From Candidatus Taylorbacteria bacterium RIFCSPHIGHO2_01_FULL_46_22b (GTDB taxonomy: Bacteria; Patescibacteriota; Minisyncoccia; Phycocordibacterales; DSPV01), in NCBI GenBank assembly GCA_001820875.1, contig MHRF01000007.1, positions 140,479-204,478 on the forward strand: a stretch of 64,000 nucleotides of DNA. Reading direction: 5' to 3'. Below are positions 40,667 to 51,547 of the stretch, in pieces. The notes beneath the pieces were generated by a model that was given only the letters and a program-made list of their open reading frames with translations, was not told the origin of the DNA and made no database searches. Each line of letters begins with the position of its first letter. The stretch's first letter is position 1. The translations under genes were made by a program, and so were the position numbers.

Positions 40667-41932
40667 ATGAATATTCTTGTGGTCGGCGGGGGAGGAAGGG
40701 AACATGCGTTTGTATGGAAACTTAAACAATCTCCACACGTTGAGAAAATTTTTGTAGCATCCGGAAATGCGGGAACTGCAGGCATTGCCACTAACCTACC
40801 TATTTCAAAAACAGGCGAGATTTTACAGTGGCTCCAGAAAAACCCAGTTGAGCTTGTCTTGATTGGTCCTGATAACTATTTAGCCGAAGGAATTGTCGAT
40901 AGTATTCAGAAACTTGGTATACCAGTGTTTGGCCCCACAAAAGCGGCGGCAGAAATCGAATGGTCTAAATCGTTTGCAAAACAACTGATGCGTGATGCAA
41001 GAATTCCTACCGCGTCTTTTGAGACGTTTACTGATTTAGAAATTGCTCGCACATATGTACGCAAACAAGTATATCCCTTAGTGATCAAAGCGAGCGGGCT
41101 CGCTTTTGGGAAAGGCGTGGTGATTGTAGAAACTTCTATCGAGGCCGAAAAAGTTTTGGAAGAGATCATGGGAAATAAAATTTTTGGTTCAGCGGGCAGT
41201 GAAGTTGTTATTGAAGAGTTTCTGCAGGGAACCGAGATTTCGATTCACGCATTTTGCGATGGCGAGGATGCAGTGCTTTTTCCTTCATCTCAAGACCACA
41301 AAAGAATTTTTGACGGGGATAAAGGGCCGAATACCGGAGGAATAGGAACTATTGCTCCCGTTCCGCGCGTAACTGCTGAACAAATGCAAGAAATAAAAAA
41401 TAAGATAGTTTTGCCGACACTTGCTGCACTGAAAGAGAAAGGGCGGGAATTTAAGGGACTGCTCTATCCGGGGATCATGCTTACTGCTAGCGGTCCGAAA
41501 GTTATTGAATTTAATGCGCGATTTGGTGATCCTGAAACTCAAGTCTACATGCGTCTCCTTGAAACGGATTTAGTTGATATTCTCTTTGCGTGTATAAAAG
41601 GAACGTTGCAGAAACAGAAAATTGTCTGGTCAAACAAGTTTACCTGCTGTGTTGTTCTTTCTTCTGGTGGCTACCCCGACTCGTATCAGAAAGGAAAAGT
41701 GATTAAAGGACTGAATCACTCATTTGAAAAAGACATTGTTATTTTCCATGCAGGAACGACTATGAAAAATGGGGAAGTAATTACTAATGGTGGGCGTGTT
41801 CTTGGAGTGAGTGCTACTGGTAGCAACCTTTCTGAGGCACTGTCGAAGGCATATGACGCGATTACGTATATATCTTTTGAAGGAATGCAGTACCGAAAGG
41901 ATATTGGAGCTAAAGCAGTAAAGCGTTCCTAA
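40667..41932 (+). CDS. purD: phosphoribosylamine--glycine ligase
   Basis: MNILVVGGGGREHA N-terminus. ATP-grasp pattern. Confidence 0.9.
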   Translation: MNILVVGGGGREHAFVWKLKQSPHVEKIFVASGNAGTAGIATNLPISKTGEILQWLQKNPVELVLIGPDNYLAEGIVDSIQKLGIPVFGPTKAAAEIEWSKSFAKQLMRDARIPTASFETFTDLEIARTYVRKQVYPLVIKASGLAFGKGVVIVETSIEAEKVLEEIMGNKIFGSAGSEVVIEEFLQGTEISIHAFCDGEDAVLFPSSQDHKRIFDGDKGPNTGGIGTIAPVPRVTAEQMQEIKNKIVLPTLAALKEKGREFKGLLYPGIMLTASGPKVIEFNARFGDPETQVYMRLLETDLVDILFACIKGTLQKQKIVWSNKFTCCVVLSSGGYPDSYQKGKVIKGLNHSFEKDIVIFHAGTTMKNGEVITNGGRVLGVSATGSNLSEALSKAYDAITYISFEGMQYRKDIGAKAVKRS

Positions 41933-41940
41933 AACTATTT

Positions 41941-43365
41941 TTGAGTGGTATAGTGATGAATATGACACGAACGCATATAGGAGATTTGAAGGAGAAAATA
42001 GGACAAGAAGTCATGATTTGTGGCTGGGTTGACGTGCGGCGCGACCACGGCAAGCTTATTTTCATTGACTTGCGCGACGCATCCGGCAAGGTTCAGATGG
42101 TTGCGCTCCCAAACCATGCCGAAGCGCATACCGCTACGAGTGCCGTTCGCAGTGAATGGGTGCTTGAAGTAACTGGAAAGGTGAACGAACGACCGTCAAG
42201 AATGATCAATGTAGATGAACCGAATGGAACAGTTGAAATTGAAATTCTTGGAATCAAGGTCTTGAACGAAGCGAACACTCCACCTTTTGATGTGCGGAGC
42301 GATGGAAAAGAAATTGGTGAAGAGTCGCGATTAACACATCGTTATCTTGATTTACGCCGTCCGCGCATGCAGAAAAATATCCGCAACCGATCCAAAGCCA
42401 CGAAATTTATCCGCGATGAGTTCACCAAGCGCGGATTTGTAGAAATCGAAACTCCACTTTTGTCTGCAACCACTCCAGAAGGGTCGCGCGATTATGTCGT
42501 GCCATCGCGACTTGATAAAGGAAAATTTTACTCGCTTCCACAATCACCTCAACAATATAAGCAATTGCTGATGGTTGCAGGATTTGAAAAGTATTTTCAG
42601 ATTGCGCGCTGCATGCGCGACGAGGATACGCGTGGCGATCGTCAGCCGGAATTTACCCAGCTTGATATGGAAATGAGTTTTGTTGCGCGCGAGGAGGTGA
42701 TGCAAGTCAATGAAGAGATTCTCATCAATCTCGTGCAGACACTTTATCCAGAGAAAAAGATACAGGAGATTCCGTTTCCGAGAATTTCATACAAAGAAGC
42801 GATGGAGAAATACGGAGTGGATAAGCCGGATTTGCGCAAAGACAAAGAAGATCCAAACCTTCTTGCCTTTGAGTGGGTGATTGACTGGCCATTTTTTGAG
42901 AAGGATGAAGAATCCGGCGGATGGACGTTTTCTCATAATCCGTTTTCTGCTCCGCAACCAGAGCACATGACATCGTTGCTTGCGAAGAAAGATATTCCAA
43001 ATATTTTGACAACCCAGTATGACATTGTGATGAATGGCAACGAAATCGGTGGGGGAAGTATCCGCAATCATCAGCCGGAGGCGCTGAAAGCAGTTTTCCA
43101 GATCATGGGATATGACGATGAGCGAATCGAACGGAATTTTGGTCACATGCTTGAGGCCCTTTCCGCGGGTGCCCCGCCGCACGGCGGGATTGCGTGGGGG
43201 TTTGACCGACTGATGATGTTGCTTGAAAACGAACCGAATATCCGCGAGGTTATCGCATTTGCAAAAACTGGTGAGGGACGCGATCTGATGATGCATGCCC
43301 CGTCCGAACTTGATTCAAAGCGTTTGAAGGAATTGGGGATTAGCCTTACGAAAGGAAAGTCCTAA
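41941..43365 (+). CDS. aspS: aspartate--tRNA ligase (short, GAD-insertion-less type)
   Basis: Class II motifs. FQIARCMRDEDTRGDRQPEFTQLDMEMSF. GGGSIR. 474 aa, so it lacks the bacterial GAD insertion. Confidence 0.9.
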   Translation: MSGIVMNMTRTHIGDLKEKIGQEVMICGWVDVRRDHGKLIFIDLRDASGKVQMVALPNHAEAHTATSAVRSEWVLEVTGKVNERPSRMINVDEPNGTVEIEILGIKVLNEANTPPFDVRSDGKEIGEESRLTHRYLDLRRPRMQKNIRNRSKATKFIRDEFTKRGFVEIETPLLSATTPEGSRDYVVPSRLDKGKFYSLPQSPQQYKQLLMVAGFEKYFQIARCMRDEDTRGDRQPEFTQLDMEMSFVAREEVMQVNEEILINLVQTLYPEKKIQEIPFPRISYKEAMEKYGVDKPDLRKDKEDPNLLAFEWVIDWPFFEKDEESGGWTFSHNPFSAPQPEHMTSLLAKKDIPNILTTQYDIVMNGNEIGGGSIRNHQPEALKAVFQIMGYDDERIERNFGHMLEALSAGAPPHGGIAWGFDRLMMLLENEPNIREVIAFAKTGEGRDLMMHAPSELDSKRLKELGISLTKGKS

Positions 43366-43570
43366 AAAAAGATTGCCCACCCAGCTGAACACTTGCTGGG
43401 TGGGCGTAAGTCGGCTGGCGGCCGACGTGCAGGAGGAACTTCAATCGTTGTGGTTTCGACAAGTATCATAATTCTTTTATTTAATTTGTCAATAGAGGTG
43501 TTTGATTTCTAGTTTGGCCAAGTGTTATTTTGTTGAAATTAACTTGTAATAAAAGGACTTTTGACAAGAT

Positions 43571-44158
43571 ATGTCATTTAAGGTGCTAGATAATTCAATA
43601 GATATTAAAAAAGTCGCCCGCTTGGTGCATGAGGGCGAGATTGTTGTGATGTCAACCGACACAGTCTATGGGGTTGTTGCATCGGCATTGCGTTCTGATG
43701 CAGTCGAACGTGTGTATAGTCTGCGCGAACGAAACATGCATAAACCCTGTATTGTATTGATTGCGAGCATCGAAGCAATCAAGTTGTTTGGAGTAGTTGT
43801 TGATGTTGAATCGGAAAAAAAGATACATGAGATTTGGCCTGCGGCAGTGAGCATTGTCCTATCTTGTCCGGATGAGAGATTTTCGTATTTACATCGAGGG
43901 ACACAGACGATTGCATTTCGAGTGCCCGAAGAAAAAGCACTACGTGATTTTTTAGAGGAGAGTGGGCCGGTGATTGCTCCGAGTGCAAATCCAGAAGGGA
44001 AATCTACGGCAAAAACGACTGCTGAAGCACGTGATTATTTTGGTGGAAAGATTTCTTTGTATATTGATGGTGGGATGCAGGATGGAGAACCCTCTACACT
44101 CATTTCAATTAATAGAGGAGAAATTTCGGTATTGCGGCAAGGTAGAGTTAAGGTATGA
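43571..44158 (+). CDS. tsaC: L-threonylcarbamoyladenylate synthase (YrdC/TsaC)
   Basis: VVMSTDTVYGVVASA...R..LRER YrdC signature. Confidence 0.85.
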   Translation: MSFKVLDNSIDIKKVARLVHEGEIVVMSTDTVYGVVASALRSDAVERVYSLRERNMHKPCIVLIASIEAIKLFGVVVDVESEKKIHEIWPAAVSIVLSCPDERFSYLHRGTQTIAFRVPEEKALRDFLEESGPVIAPSANPEGKSTAKTTAEARDYFGGKISLYIDGGMQDGEPSTLISINRGEISVLRQGRVKV

Positions 44159-44165
44159 TGACACT

Positions 44166-44936
44166 ATGCATAAAAAGGACACTTCATGGAACGCAGTCGC
44201 GCCGTGGTACGACACATTAGTGGAAGGTGCAGGTAGCTATCAGCAAGAAGTTATTTTGCCAAATATTCTGCGGCTTGCAGGAGATATAAAAGGAAAAAAG
44301 ATTTTTGATCTTGCCTGCGGCCAAGGGTTTTTTGCACACAAATTTTCTGCAGCCGGTGCAGTGGTAACCGGTCTTGATGCATCTGATAACCTCATAGAGA
44401 TTGCAAAGAAAAGTTCAGGGGGAAAAGGTGTTCCGCATTTTTTAACCGGAACTGCTGAATCTCTTCCAAAAGAACTCATAACGGGATCATTTGATTTGGT
44501 TGTTTGTATTTTGGCGCTACAGAATATTAAAGAACTTGATGCGACCTTGGGAGGAGTGGCGCGAGCACTTTCTGCCAAAGGGAGATTCTTAATCGTATTG
44601 AATCATCCTGCATTTCGCATTCCGCGCCGAAGCGAATGGGGAGTTGATGAAAAAACAAGCACGCAATATAGGCGCATTGACGGGTATCTTTCTGAATCAG
44701 CGGCTGAAATCAGCATGAACCCGAGCAAAAAAGAAAGCGCCGTTACCTATTCTTTCCACCGTCCGTTGCAAGTGTATATGAAGATGCTTGCAAAGCACGA
44801 CTTTTCCATTACACGCCTAGAGGAATGGATTTCGCATAAAACGAGCGAATCAGGGCCGCGAAAGCAAATGGAAGACCGCGCGCGTAAAGAATTTCCTCTC
44901 TTTCTCTTTTTGGAATGTACTAAAGGCAAAATATAA
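44166..44936 (+). CDS. class I SAM-dependent methyltransferase
   Basis: FDLACGQGFF (motif I). Start set to the ATG after the tsaC stop. The TTG-initiated extension in the ORF track overlaps tsaC. Confidence 0.75.
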   Translation: MHKKDTSWNAVAPWYDTLVEGAGSYQQEVILPNILRLAGDIKGKKIFDLACGQGFFAHKFSAAGAVVTGLDASDNLIEIAKKSSGGKGVPHFLTGTAESLPKELITGSFDLVVCILALQNIKELDATLGGVARALSAKGRFLIVLNHPAFRIPRRSEWGVDEKTSTQYRRIDGYLSESAAEISMNPSKKESAVTYSFHRPLQVYMKMLAKHDFSITRLEEWISHKTSESGPRKQMEDRARKEFPLFLFLECTKGKI

Positions 44937-45077
44937 TTTTGTTTCCAATACTTGCCTATGAGTCGTTTTTTGTGTTCCACTTTGTTTTTTTGACTTATAC
45001 ACACTTGAAACCAAAAAACACATCTATATAATTTGTGCACGACGAATTATAAGTAGAATCTGTAATTTGAATCTCGT

Positions 45078-45272
45078 ATGCAGCATTACGTGTGTACCGG
45101 AGATTGTGGGGGTGAGTCGGAACGTTCCAAAGTGTGTGAATCAGAAGGGTGTAAAAACGAAGGCCAACCACTCTCGGAGTGCTCGTGCACCGATGGTTTC
45201 CACAAAGGGGTTTTAGACACTGATCATGAAATTGATCTTGCCGAACCCATGGACGATGAAGACGCACTGTAA
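45078..45272 (+). CDS. small Cys-rich acidic protein (possible metal-binding)
   Basis: 64 aa. CxxxC...C....C...CxC pattern. Followed directly by a terminator. Confidence 0.35.
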   Translation: MQHYVCTGDCGGESERSKVCESEGCKNEGQPLSECSCTDGFHKGVLDTDHEIDLAEPMDDEDAL

Positions 45273-45289
45273 CAAACACCGTTTAGAGA

Positions 45290-45325
45290 AACCCCGCCTT
45301 CCTGAAGAAGGCGGGGTTTTCTTAA
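45290..45325. terminator. bidirectional rho-independent terminator
   Basis: aaccccgccttc-ctgaa-gaaggcggggtt followed by ttttctt. Lies between convergent genes. Confidence 0.8.
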
Positions 45326-46510
45326 TTACCGAGTATCGACAAGTTGGAAAGATTTAAATACTCCATAGAGCATAATGACTGCAAGGATAATGAAAAGATA
45401 TTGGATTCCTGAAAAGGGAAGTAGTACCGTTGCGACAATCGGTGCAACAATGTATGCCCACGGACGTGTCGTGCGGAAAATTCCGATAAGCGCCACATCG
45501 CTGTCGTGTACGTGCTTGAAAAAATAAGTCTCGCTCATCACTTCTGTAGTGGCAGCGCCGATACGGCTCACAAAGAGCAATCCCATCCATATCCAGAATT
45601 CTGGAGTCGGCAGAAATGACATTACTCCTGTCGCGATTGCCATAATAGAGAACCCTCCTATGAGAAACTCTTTCTCTCCGAATTTGCGATCGGCAAGTTT
45701 CCCTAATGGTCGCTGAATGAGGGCAAAGGGTAGAAGCATAACTGCAAACAAAATGGCAATTTGATTCCACTGAAAGCCAACGTAATTATATAGATACAGC
45801 GGGGTGTAGATTACCATCCATGAGTAGAAGAAGCACAGCAAGAAATTAATAATATAAATTGAAATAACTTCTTTGCTATGCCCGCTTGTTTTTTTGAACA
45901 AAGTCAGTATTTGCAATGCACGATAGTGGGGATCGTGAAATCTCTTGAAACGATTCAAAATGACCATCATGGGAAGCGCAACGAGAGAAGCGACTATAAA
46001 AACAGTGTTGTACTGATTATTTGCAATGATAAATACAAGTAAGACTTCCGCAATGACCCACGCTATGCTTCCGAACATCAGGTAGGTGCCTCGTATTTCG
46101 CCAGTTACCTTATTTCCTGATGAGTGTTCAAGAAAGATATCAAAATTGAATGTAAGTACTGACGTAGCTAATTGGTAGAGTATGAAAATGACAATGACCA
46201 GAAACGGTAATTTGATGAATGAGAGGAGGGCTATAGCCACAATTGTGCAGGTAAGAAATACTCCTGCGGTTACAAAATTTCCAAATCGGCGTAATATTGC
46301 TGGAAGTTTTGAGAACAGCCAGATGGTGAGCAGAGATGCGATTGAGAAAATAATCCCTATGTATTTCTCGGGAAAGAATTGGCTTAAGAAACTTGAGAAG
46401 AGATATGCGGGGAGGGCGACATGGAGAGACAAGAAGAATCCGAGTGTATAAATTGAACTCACTGAACGGGGAATGTGCTGTCCAGGCTTGGAAAATACCT
46501 CTTTTTGCAT
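45326..46510 (-). CDS. MFS transporter
   Basis: 12 TM segments. 6+6 organisation. Confidence 0.75.
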   Translation of the reverse strand: MQKEVFSKPGQHIPRSVSSIYTLGFFLSLHVALPAYLFSSFLSQFFPEKYIGIIFSIASLLTIWLFSKLPAILRRFGNFVTAGVFLTCTIVAIALLSFIKLPFLVIVIFILYQLATSVLTFNFDIFLEHSSGNKVTGEIRGTYLMFGSIAWVIAEVLLVFIIANNQYNTVFIVASLVALPMMVILNRFKRFHDPHYRALQILTLFKKTSGHSKEVISIYIINFLLCFFYSWMVIYTPLYLYNYVGFQWNQIAILFAVMLLPFALIQRPLGKLADRKFGEKEFLIGGFSIMAIATGVMSFLPTPEFWIWMGLLFVSRIGAATTEVMSETYFFKHVHDSDVALIGIFRTTRPWAYIVAPIVATVLLPFSGIQYLFIILAVIMLYGVFKSFQLVDTR

Positions 46511-46516
46511 GTCTAT

Positions 46517-48409
46517 TTATACCCCGATAAGCACTGGGATGACAATAGGACGTTTTGCAGTCTTCTGCATGAGGAAACGACTCACGTTGTCGCTGACGTG
46601 ATCTTTGACATACTCAAAGTCAATTGGACGCATGCCTACAGTGATATCCTCGATAGTTTTCTTGATAATGAGGCGAGTTTGTTGGAGAAGTTCTTGTGAT
46701 TCACGCAGATATACAAATCCGCGAGAAATAATGTCTGGCGACTTCTTGAGTTTCCCGTTTGAAATATTTACGGATGCAATAATCACAAACATGCCGTCTT
46801 GTGAGAGCATTTGTCGGTCGCGGATTACCACTTCCTGCACATCGCCCACGGAGAAGCCGTCTACGAGCACTAATCCCGAAGGGGCTTTTTCTTTCAAGCG
46901 GACGATATTTTCGCCTTTGTTTTGAATTTCAATAATAGATCCGTTGTCGGGGATAATCACATTTTTTTCCGGTGTGCCCCGAGCCATTTCAATTTCAGCG
47001 TGTACGCGTAGCATGTAATGGTAGCCGTGGACAGGAATGAAGAATTTCGGATTGATGCGCGAGTGAATCCACGCAGTTTCGTCACGGTTGGCGTGTCCCG
47101 ACGAGTGCACATCGGCGATTTTGTAGTGCAGAATTTTTGCTCCTTGGCGTGAGAGCGAGTCTTTCAATTTTTGGACTGCACGTTCGTTTCCGGGGACTAC
47201 TGAAGAAGAAAGAATAATAGTGTCTCGTTTGGTGATATGCACATATTTGTGCGTTTTGTTTGCCATGCGCATCAGTGCCGCGAATTCGTCTCCTTGTGCT
47301 CCTGTAGCCACCATGACAATTTTCTCTGGAGGATAATCATTCATAGCTTCGACGGTGATGATTGTATCTTCTTTGGTTTTCACCATGCCGAGCTTTTTGA
47401 TAATCTCGATGTTATTTTTCATACTGCGCCCCTCCACGACAACTTTTTTCCCGTATTTTTCAGAGAACTCAAGGATTTTCATGATTCGTTCAAGTAGGGA
47501 AGAGAATGTTCCGATAATCAATCGGCCGCGCGAATTTTTAATAATCTCTTCAAGATTTTTTTGCACAACCCGTTCCGGAGTCGAAAACCCGGGGACATCC
47601 GCATTGGTTGAGTCAGCCATTAACAGAAGTACTTTCTCTTTTTTGAATATCGAATATTCTTTTTCTTCTGCTTCGGTGGGGACTCCGTTGTCGTGATCGA
47701 GTTTAAGGTCGCCGGTGTGGACGATTGCGCCATACGGCGTTTCAATGATAACTCCCATGGAATCGGGGATCGTGTGGGTGACAGAGAAAAACTTGATTTT
47801 CAGGTTTCCCATGGTAACTAAAGAGTCTTTTTCAACCACTTTTATATCAAGCGGAGGTGCATGAGGAAATTCCTCTTGGCGTTTACGGATCATCACCGTG
47901 GTGAGCATGCGGGAATAGAGCGGAGGGTTTCCGATTTTCTCCATGATATAGGGAATGGCACCGGTGTGGTCGAGGTGACCGTGGGTGACGATCAAGGCGC
48001 GCACCCTGTTTTTGTGTTCCTCGAGGTATTTGGTATTAGGCAGAATATAATCGATTCCGGGGGTGTCCGCGTCTTTAAACTGAAGTCCGGCATCAATGAC
48101 AATAATGTCATTTCCGACTTCAATTGCGGTCATGTTTTTTCCGATTTCTTCTACGCCGCCCAGCGGAATGATGCGGATGGACTCACCTACCGATGGGATT
48201 TTTACGGTGAGAGGAGATTTGGTGTTGTGATGAGAAGTGTGGAGCGGCGGACGCGAGTCTCGCATGCGCGAAGGCGGAGCTCCTCGATGATTGGGGCGGG
48301 ATTTTCTATTTGGTCGCTCAAAGGGCTTTGAGAATTTTTCGGGGCGTGCGTGATATGGCTGCCGTCGGGCGCTGTGCTGAGAAGCTTTAGGAGATTCTTT
48401 TTCTTGCAT
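46517..48409 (-). CDS. rnj: ribonuclease J with about 70-aa basic N-terminal extension
   Basis: Metallo-beta-lactamase HGHLDHTGAIPY. Beta-CASP plus C-terminal domain. Confidence 0.85.
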   Translation of the reverse strand: MQEKESPKASQHSARRQPYHARPEKFSKPFERPNRKSRPNHRGAPPSRMRDSRPPLHTSHHNTKSPLTVKIPSVGESIRIIPLGGVEEIGKNMTAIEVGNDIIVIDAGLQFKDADTPGIDYILPNTKYLEEHKNRVRALIVTHGHLDHTGAIPYIMEKIGNPPLYSRMLTTVMIRKRQEEFPHAPPLDIKVVEKDSLVTMGNLKIKFFSVTHTIPDSMGVIIETPYGAIVHTGDLKLDHDNGVPTEAEEKEYSIFKKEKVLLLMADSTNADVPGFSTPERVVQKNLEEIIKNSRGRLIIGTFSSLLERIMKILEFSEKYGKKVVVEGRSMKNNIEIIKKLGMVKTKEDTIITVEAMNDYPPEKIVMVATGAQGDEFAALMRMANKTHKYVHITKRDTIILSSSVVPGNERAVQKLKDSLSRQGAKILHYKIADVHSSGHANRDETAWIHSRINPKFFIPVHGYHYMLRVHAEIEMARGTPEKNVIIPDNGSIIEIQNKGENIVRLKEKAPSGLVLVDGFSVGDVQEVVIRDRQMLSQDGMFVIIASVNISNGKLKKSPDIISRGFVYLRESQELLQQTRLIIKKTIEDITVGMRPIDFEYVKDHVSDNVSRFLMQKTAKRPIVIPVLIGV

Positions 48410-48415
48410 AATGAA

Positions 48416-50185
48416 TTAATTCTGTTCTGTTTCGTCTGGTGCAAAGATGTTCCAGACACGATCGGTTTCGATATACCATTCGTTGCTATTAATAAAACGA
48501 TCTGAAGGAATAGTGACTGATGAGAGATTGACTCCCGATATATTTTTTGGCAAGACGTATACAAAATCGGGAGAATATACAAATGCGGCCGCGTAATCTT
48601 TTTCGATTTCTTTGGCAAACTCTTGATAGAGTGCTATTTGGTCAGTACGCAATGCAGTCGAGCGAGCTTTTTCTAGGAGCTTGTCTGCAGTAATGTTTGT
48701 GTATAGTGCAACATTTAACCCAGGGTCATTCCTTTGCGAGGAATGCCAGAAAGCAAACATGTCGAGATCTCGTCCCACTATTTCTCCAAAATACAATGCG
48801 TCATACGAACGGGGACGAATCACATTTTGATTGAGATCACTTGCGTCAAAATAGGTGACCGAAACTTTCGCACCGACACGCTCCCAGTTTTCTTTTATAA
48901 TTTTCGCACCTGCTTTCAATTCGGTGGTATTTGAAGTGGCGATAGTGAATTCAAGACGCACCACGACTTTCTTGACCGTTTTCTCAAAGACGCCGTCAGT
49001 CGCGTTTGCCTTCCACCCGTTTTTTTCGAGGAGTGCGCGGGCACTTTCTATTTCTGCATTCAGATCACTTTCTGTATTTGTTGCCGCCCCGAAAAGACTT
49101 TGGGGAAGTGGAGAAGAGAGCGGTGCGCCATACCCGCTCAATACTTCTTGGACAATGCGATTTCGATCAAGCGTTTCAACAAGCGCTTTGCGAACTTCTG
49201 GGTAGGTAAATGCGGGGACTTTGTCTTGGTTAAAGAATACGGCAAATACGCGTGGCAAAGGAACGCTTTCAACGCGGGCTCCTAGAGCTTTCAGTGCAAG
49301 TGCGCTGTGCGGAGAAATACTGTTGATGCTGTTTATTTCCCCGCGTTCATATGCGTCTATCAAACCATCTTCGTTTGTATAGAATTTTGTCGTGATGGAG
49401 CTTATATACGCTTTTCCTTGTACATAATTTTTGAATGGTATCAGCGTATATGAAAGTGGAATACCTCCGGCTGTGCGTTTAACCGATGCTACTTTATAAG
49501 GTCCGGATCCAATAGGTTCGATATTAAACTGGCTGAACGTAAATTGGGTTGCGTCCACATTCTTCCAGATGTGGGAAGGAAGGATGCCTATAGTGGTATT
49601 TTCAAGAAACGGAGGATAGGGAGTTTTCAGTTTTACGACTACGGTCAAATCGTTTGTTTTTTCGATAGCGACCCCTTCCCAGCTGGCGCGGCGCGGGGAT
49701 TTGATATTTGGATCTTGCGCTTTTTTGATAGTGAATACGACATCTTCGGCGGTAACTGGGGTGCCGTCCTGAAATGTAGCATCCGGACGGATGTGGAATG
49801 TATACATCAAATTATTTTCGGAGATCTCGTAAGATTCGGCAAGATCGCCGACGAGTACTCCGGCGCCTGACACTTTCATGAGTCCCGAGTAGACCAGCGC
49901 GGTGAGATCTCGATCAGCATCAGAAATGGCAAGCAATGGATTGATGAAGCGGGGGACACCGATAACGCCTTCGGTCAGAGATCCTCCGTCTGTAGGGACG
50001 GGAATTGTCAAAGCAGTGTTGAGTTCAACCAATAAAAAGAATGTTGAAACAGCAAATATTCCTGCAACCGCGATAAAAACAATTCGTTCGGTAAGGGAAA
50101 AGGCGGTCAGCGCACGTGCCGCTTTTTCGAAACTACCGATTCGGTAGCGCATAGAGACAACTTTTTTAAACTGGTCGGAAATCAC
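48416..50185 (-). CDS. ABC transporter substrate-binding protein, family 5 (peptide/nickel, OppA-like)
   Basis: N-terminal TM/signal. Typical SBP_bac_5 length and pattern (YTFHIRPDATFQDGTPVTAEDVVFT). Confidence 0.8.
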   Translation of the reverse strand: MISDQFKKVVSMRYRIGSFEKAARALTAFSLTERIVFIAVAGIFAVSTFFLLVELNTALTIPVPTDGGSLTEGVIGVPRFINPLLAISDADRDLTALVYSGLMKVSGAGVLVGDLAESYEISENNLMYTFHIRPDATFQDGTPVTAEDVVFTIKKAQDPNIKSPRRASWEGVAIEKTNDLTVVVKLKTPYPPFLENTTIGILPSHIWKNVDATQFTFSQFNIEPIGSGPYKVASVKRTAGGIPLSYTLIPFKNYVQGKAYISSITTKFYTNEDGLIDAYERGEINSINSISPHSALALKALGARVESVPLPRVFAVFFNQDKVPAFTYPEVRKALVETLDRNRIVQEVLSGYGAPLSSPLPQSLFGAATNTESDLNAEIESARALLEKNGWKANATDGVFEKTVKKVVVRLEFTIATSNTTELKAGAKIIKENWERVGAKVSVTYFDASDLNQNVIRPRSYDALYFGEIVGRDLDMFAFWHSSQRNDPGLNVALYTNITADKLLEKARSTALRTDQIALYQEFAKEIEKDYAAAFVYSPDFVYVLPKNISGVNLSSVTIPSDRFINSNEWYIETDRVWNIFAPDETEQN

Positions 50186-50239
50186 AAATACGCCAGAGCT
50201 AAATTACTTACGAATTTCTTTCAGATGGATATAAGCGCG

Positions 50240-50476
50240 CTATCGGAGAAAGAGAGCCGACAGAGCAGTAATTGCAAAGAGAATGGAAAGAATGATGGTG
50301 CTGTAAAAAAGGATTTTCTCCGCACCGCGGCGCGCGTGGAAAAACGAGCTGAAATTTGAGCTATCGCCGAAGGCACCACCGAGTCCCGCGCTGGATCGCT
50401 GTAGGAGTACTACAGTTACCAAGAGGACGGACAGTACGATTTGTACGTAGGGCAGAAAAGAGGCTACCGTTTGCAT
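50240..50476 (-). CDS. secG: preprotein translocase subunit SecG
   Basis: LSVLLVTVVLLQRSSAGLGGAFG motif. Start trimmed to the internal Met. Confidence 0.7.
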   Translation of the reverse strand: MQTVASFLPYVQIVLSVLLVTVVLLQRSSAGLGGAFGDSSNFSSFFHARRGAEKILFYSTIILSILFAITALSALFLR

Positions 50477-50530
50477 TGGGAAAGAGTATAGCAGAAGGTT
50501 TGAGATTGCGCAACCGTGTCTATTATAGAT

Positions 50531-50571
50531 GAAAAAAAGAAGGCCGCGGTTCGCCTCAAGCGAACCGCGGC
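50531..50571 (-). terminator. hairpin terminator (minus-strand orientation)
   Basis: gccgcggttcgc-ctcaa-gcgaaccgcggc (12-bp perfect stem) with an A-run on the plus strand upstream, equivalent to a U-tract on the minus strand. Confidence 0.5.
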
Positions 50572-51435
50572 ACATGTGCAAGGAAGGGTATAAAGGATGT
50601 TCATGTATGTGTATGAATTCTCCCTCCTCTTGCAACTCTCCCCGTTGGAGAAAGGGGTTGCAGTTCGCCCAAGGCGAACTGCAACAGTGGAAACAGGTGT
50701 ACCCCGTCCCTCAGTTGTAGGTTTTTACTCTCCTGTTCGCACAATTGGGGATGTGTATACCTAGGAACTCGTTTTAGTGGCGTTCTCTCACATCCCCGAA
50801 ATTGAGGCGCGCGGTGCATGGCATCCTTCATGCGTTAATTTACTCCTCTCCGCGCACCTGAAAGAATCCTCGGATCCAATGGTGTAGGTGTCGGTCAAGG
50901 TGAGTTGAATTCTCTCCATTGAATCCGAGAAAGTATTTGTCTCAAAGAACTACGGAACGAGTATGATTTCTCTTTCGAGTTAATGCCGTTTTCTCTCGCT
51001 CCGCCCTGTCTGGTGACAGGGGAAATTGTCCGGCCAGATTGCTCTGACCGAGGAGGGTATAGTGCGCGAATCACTTTAGGTCGTTGTTCTCCCTCCTCAA
51101 AAACCACCAGTATTTCATTCTTATATTCTCAAGAATATGAGAATGAGAGTTTTCTACGGTGATGATCTGTGAGGAGGACCCGTCCTGCAAGACATTTTCG
51201 TGTTGCGGGACGGGAACGGTGAGTGTAGCGGTGCCCTCAATTTGAGCATGTTTCTCTCTCACCTATTTGCCTTGTCGAATGGCAAGGAAAGTCTTGCGAG
51301 GGAGGTTTAGCATGAAGCTCAAGCTGTAGATTCATCGTCTCCTCCCTCGAGTCCCCGTCTTGCGACAGGGAAATTGGTGTGCGGTGGTGTAAGTTCATTT
51401 TTCAAGGGGAACTCTCTTATTCTCCACCGCACTTT

Positions 51436-51547
51436 CTTCCGCCTTTCAGCAGAAGAAATTTACAAAGAACTCCGGAGCGAGTGTACGAATTGTATCTATT
51501 CAGTTTCCATCTCTCTCGCTCCGCCCCGTCCGGTGACAGGGGAAATT
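51436..51547. repeat. 112-bp sub-repeat copy 1
   Basis: Differs from 52399-52510 by two C/T transitions only. Confidence 0.85.

Noticed and set aside
43375-43412. Terminator after aspS (gcccacccagc-9-gctgggtgggc plus a second gtcggc/gccgac hairpin)
   Set aside because: Stems are good, but an A-run precedes and no T-run follows on the plus strand. The orientation and function are ambiguous, so it was not listed as a feature.
43974-44165. TTG-initiated 5' extension of the methyltransferase ORF
   Set aside because: It overlaps tsaC over about 190 nt in another frame. A normal ATG lies at 44166, right after the tsaC stop.
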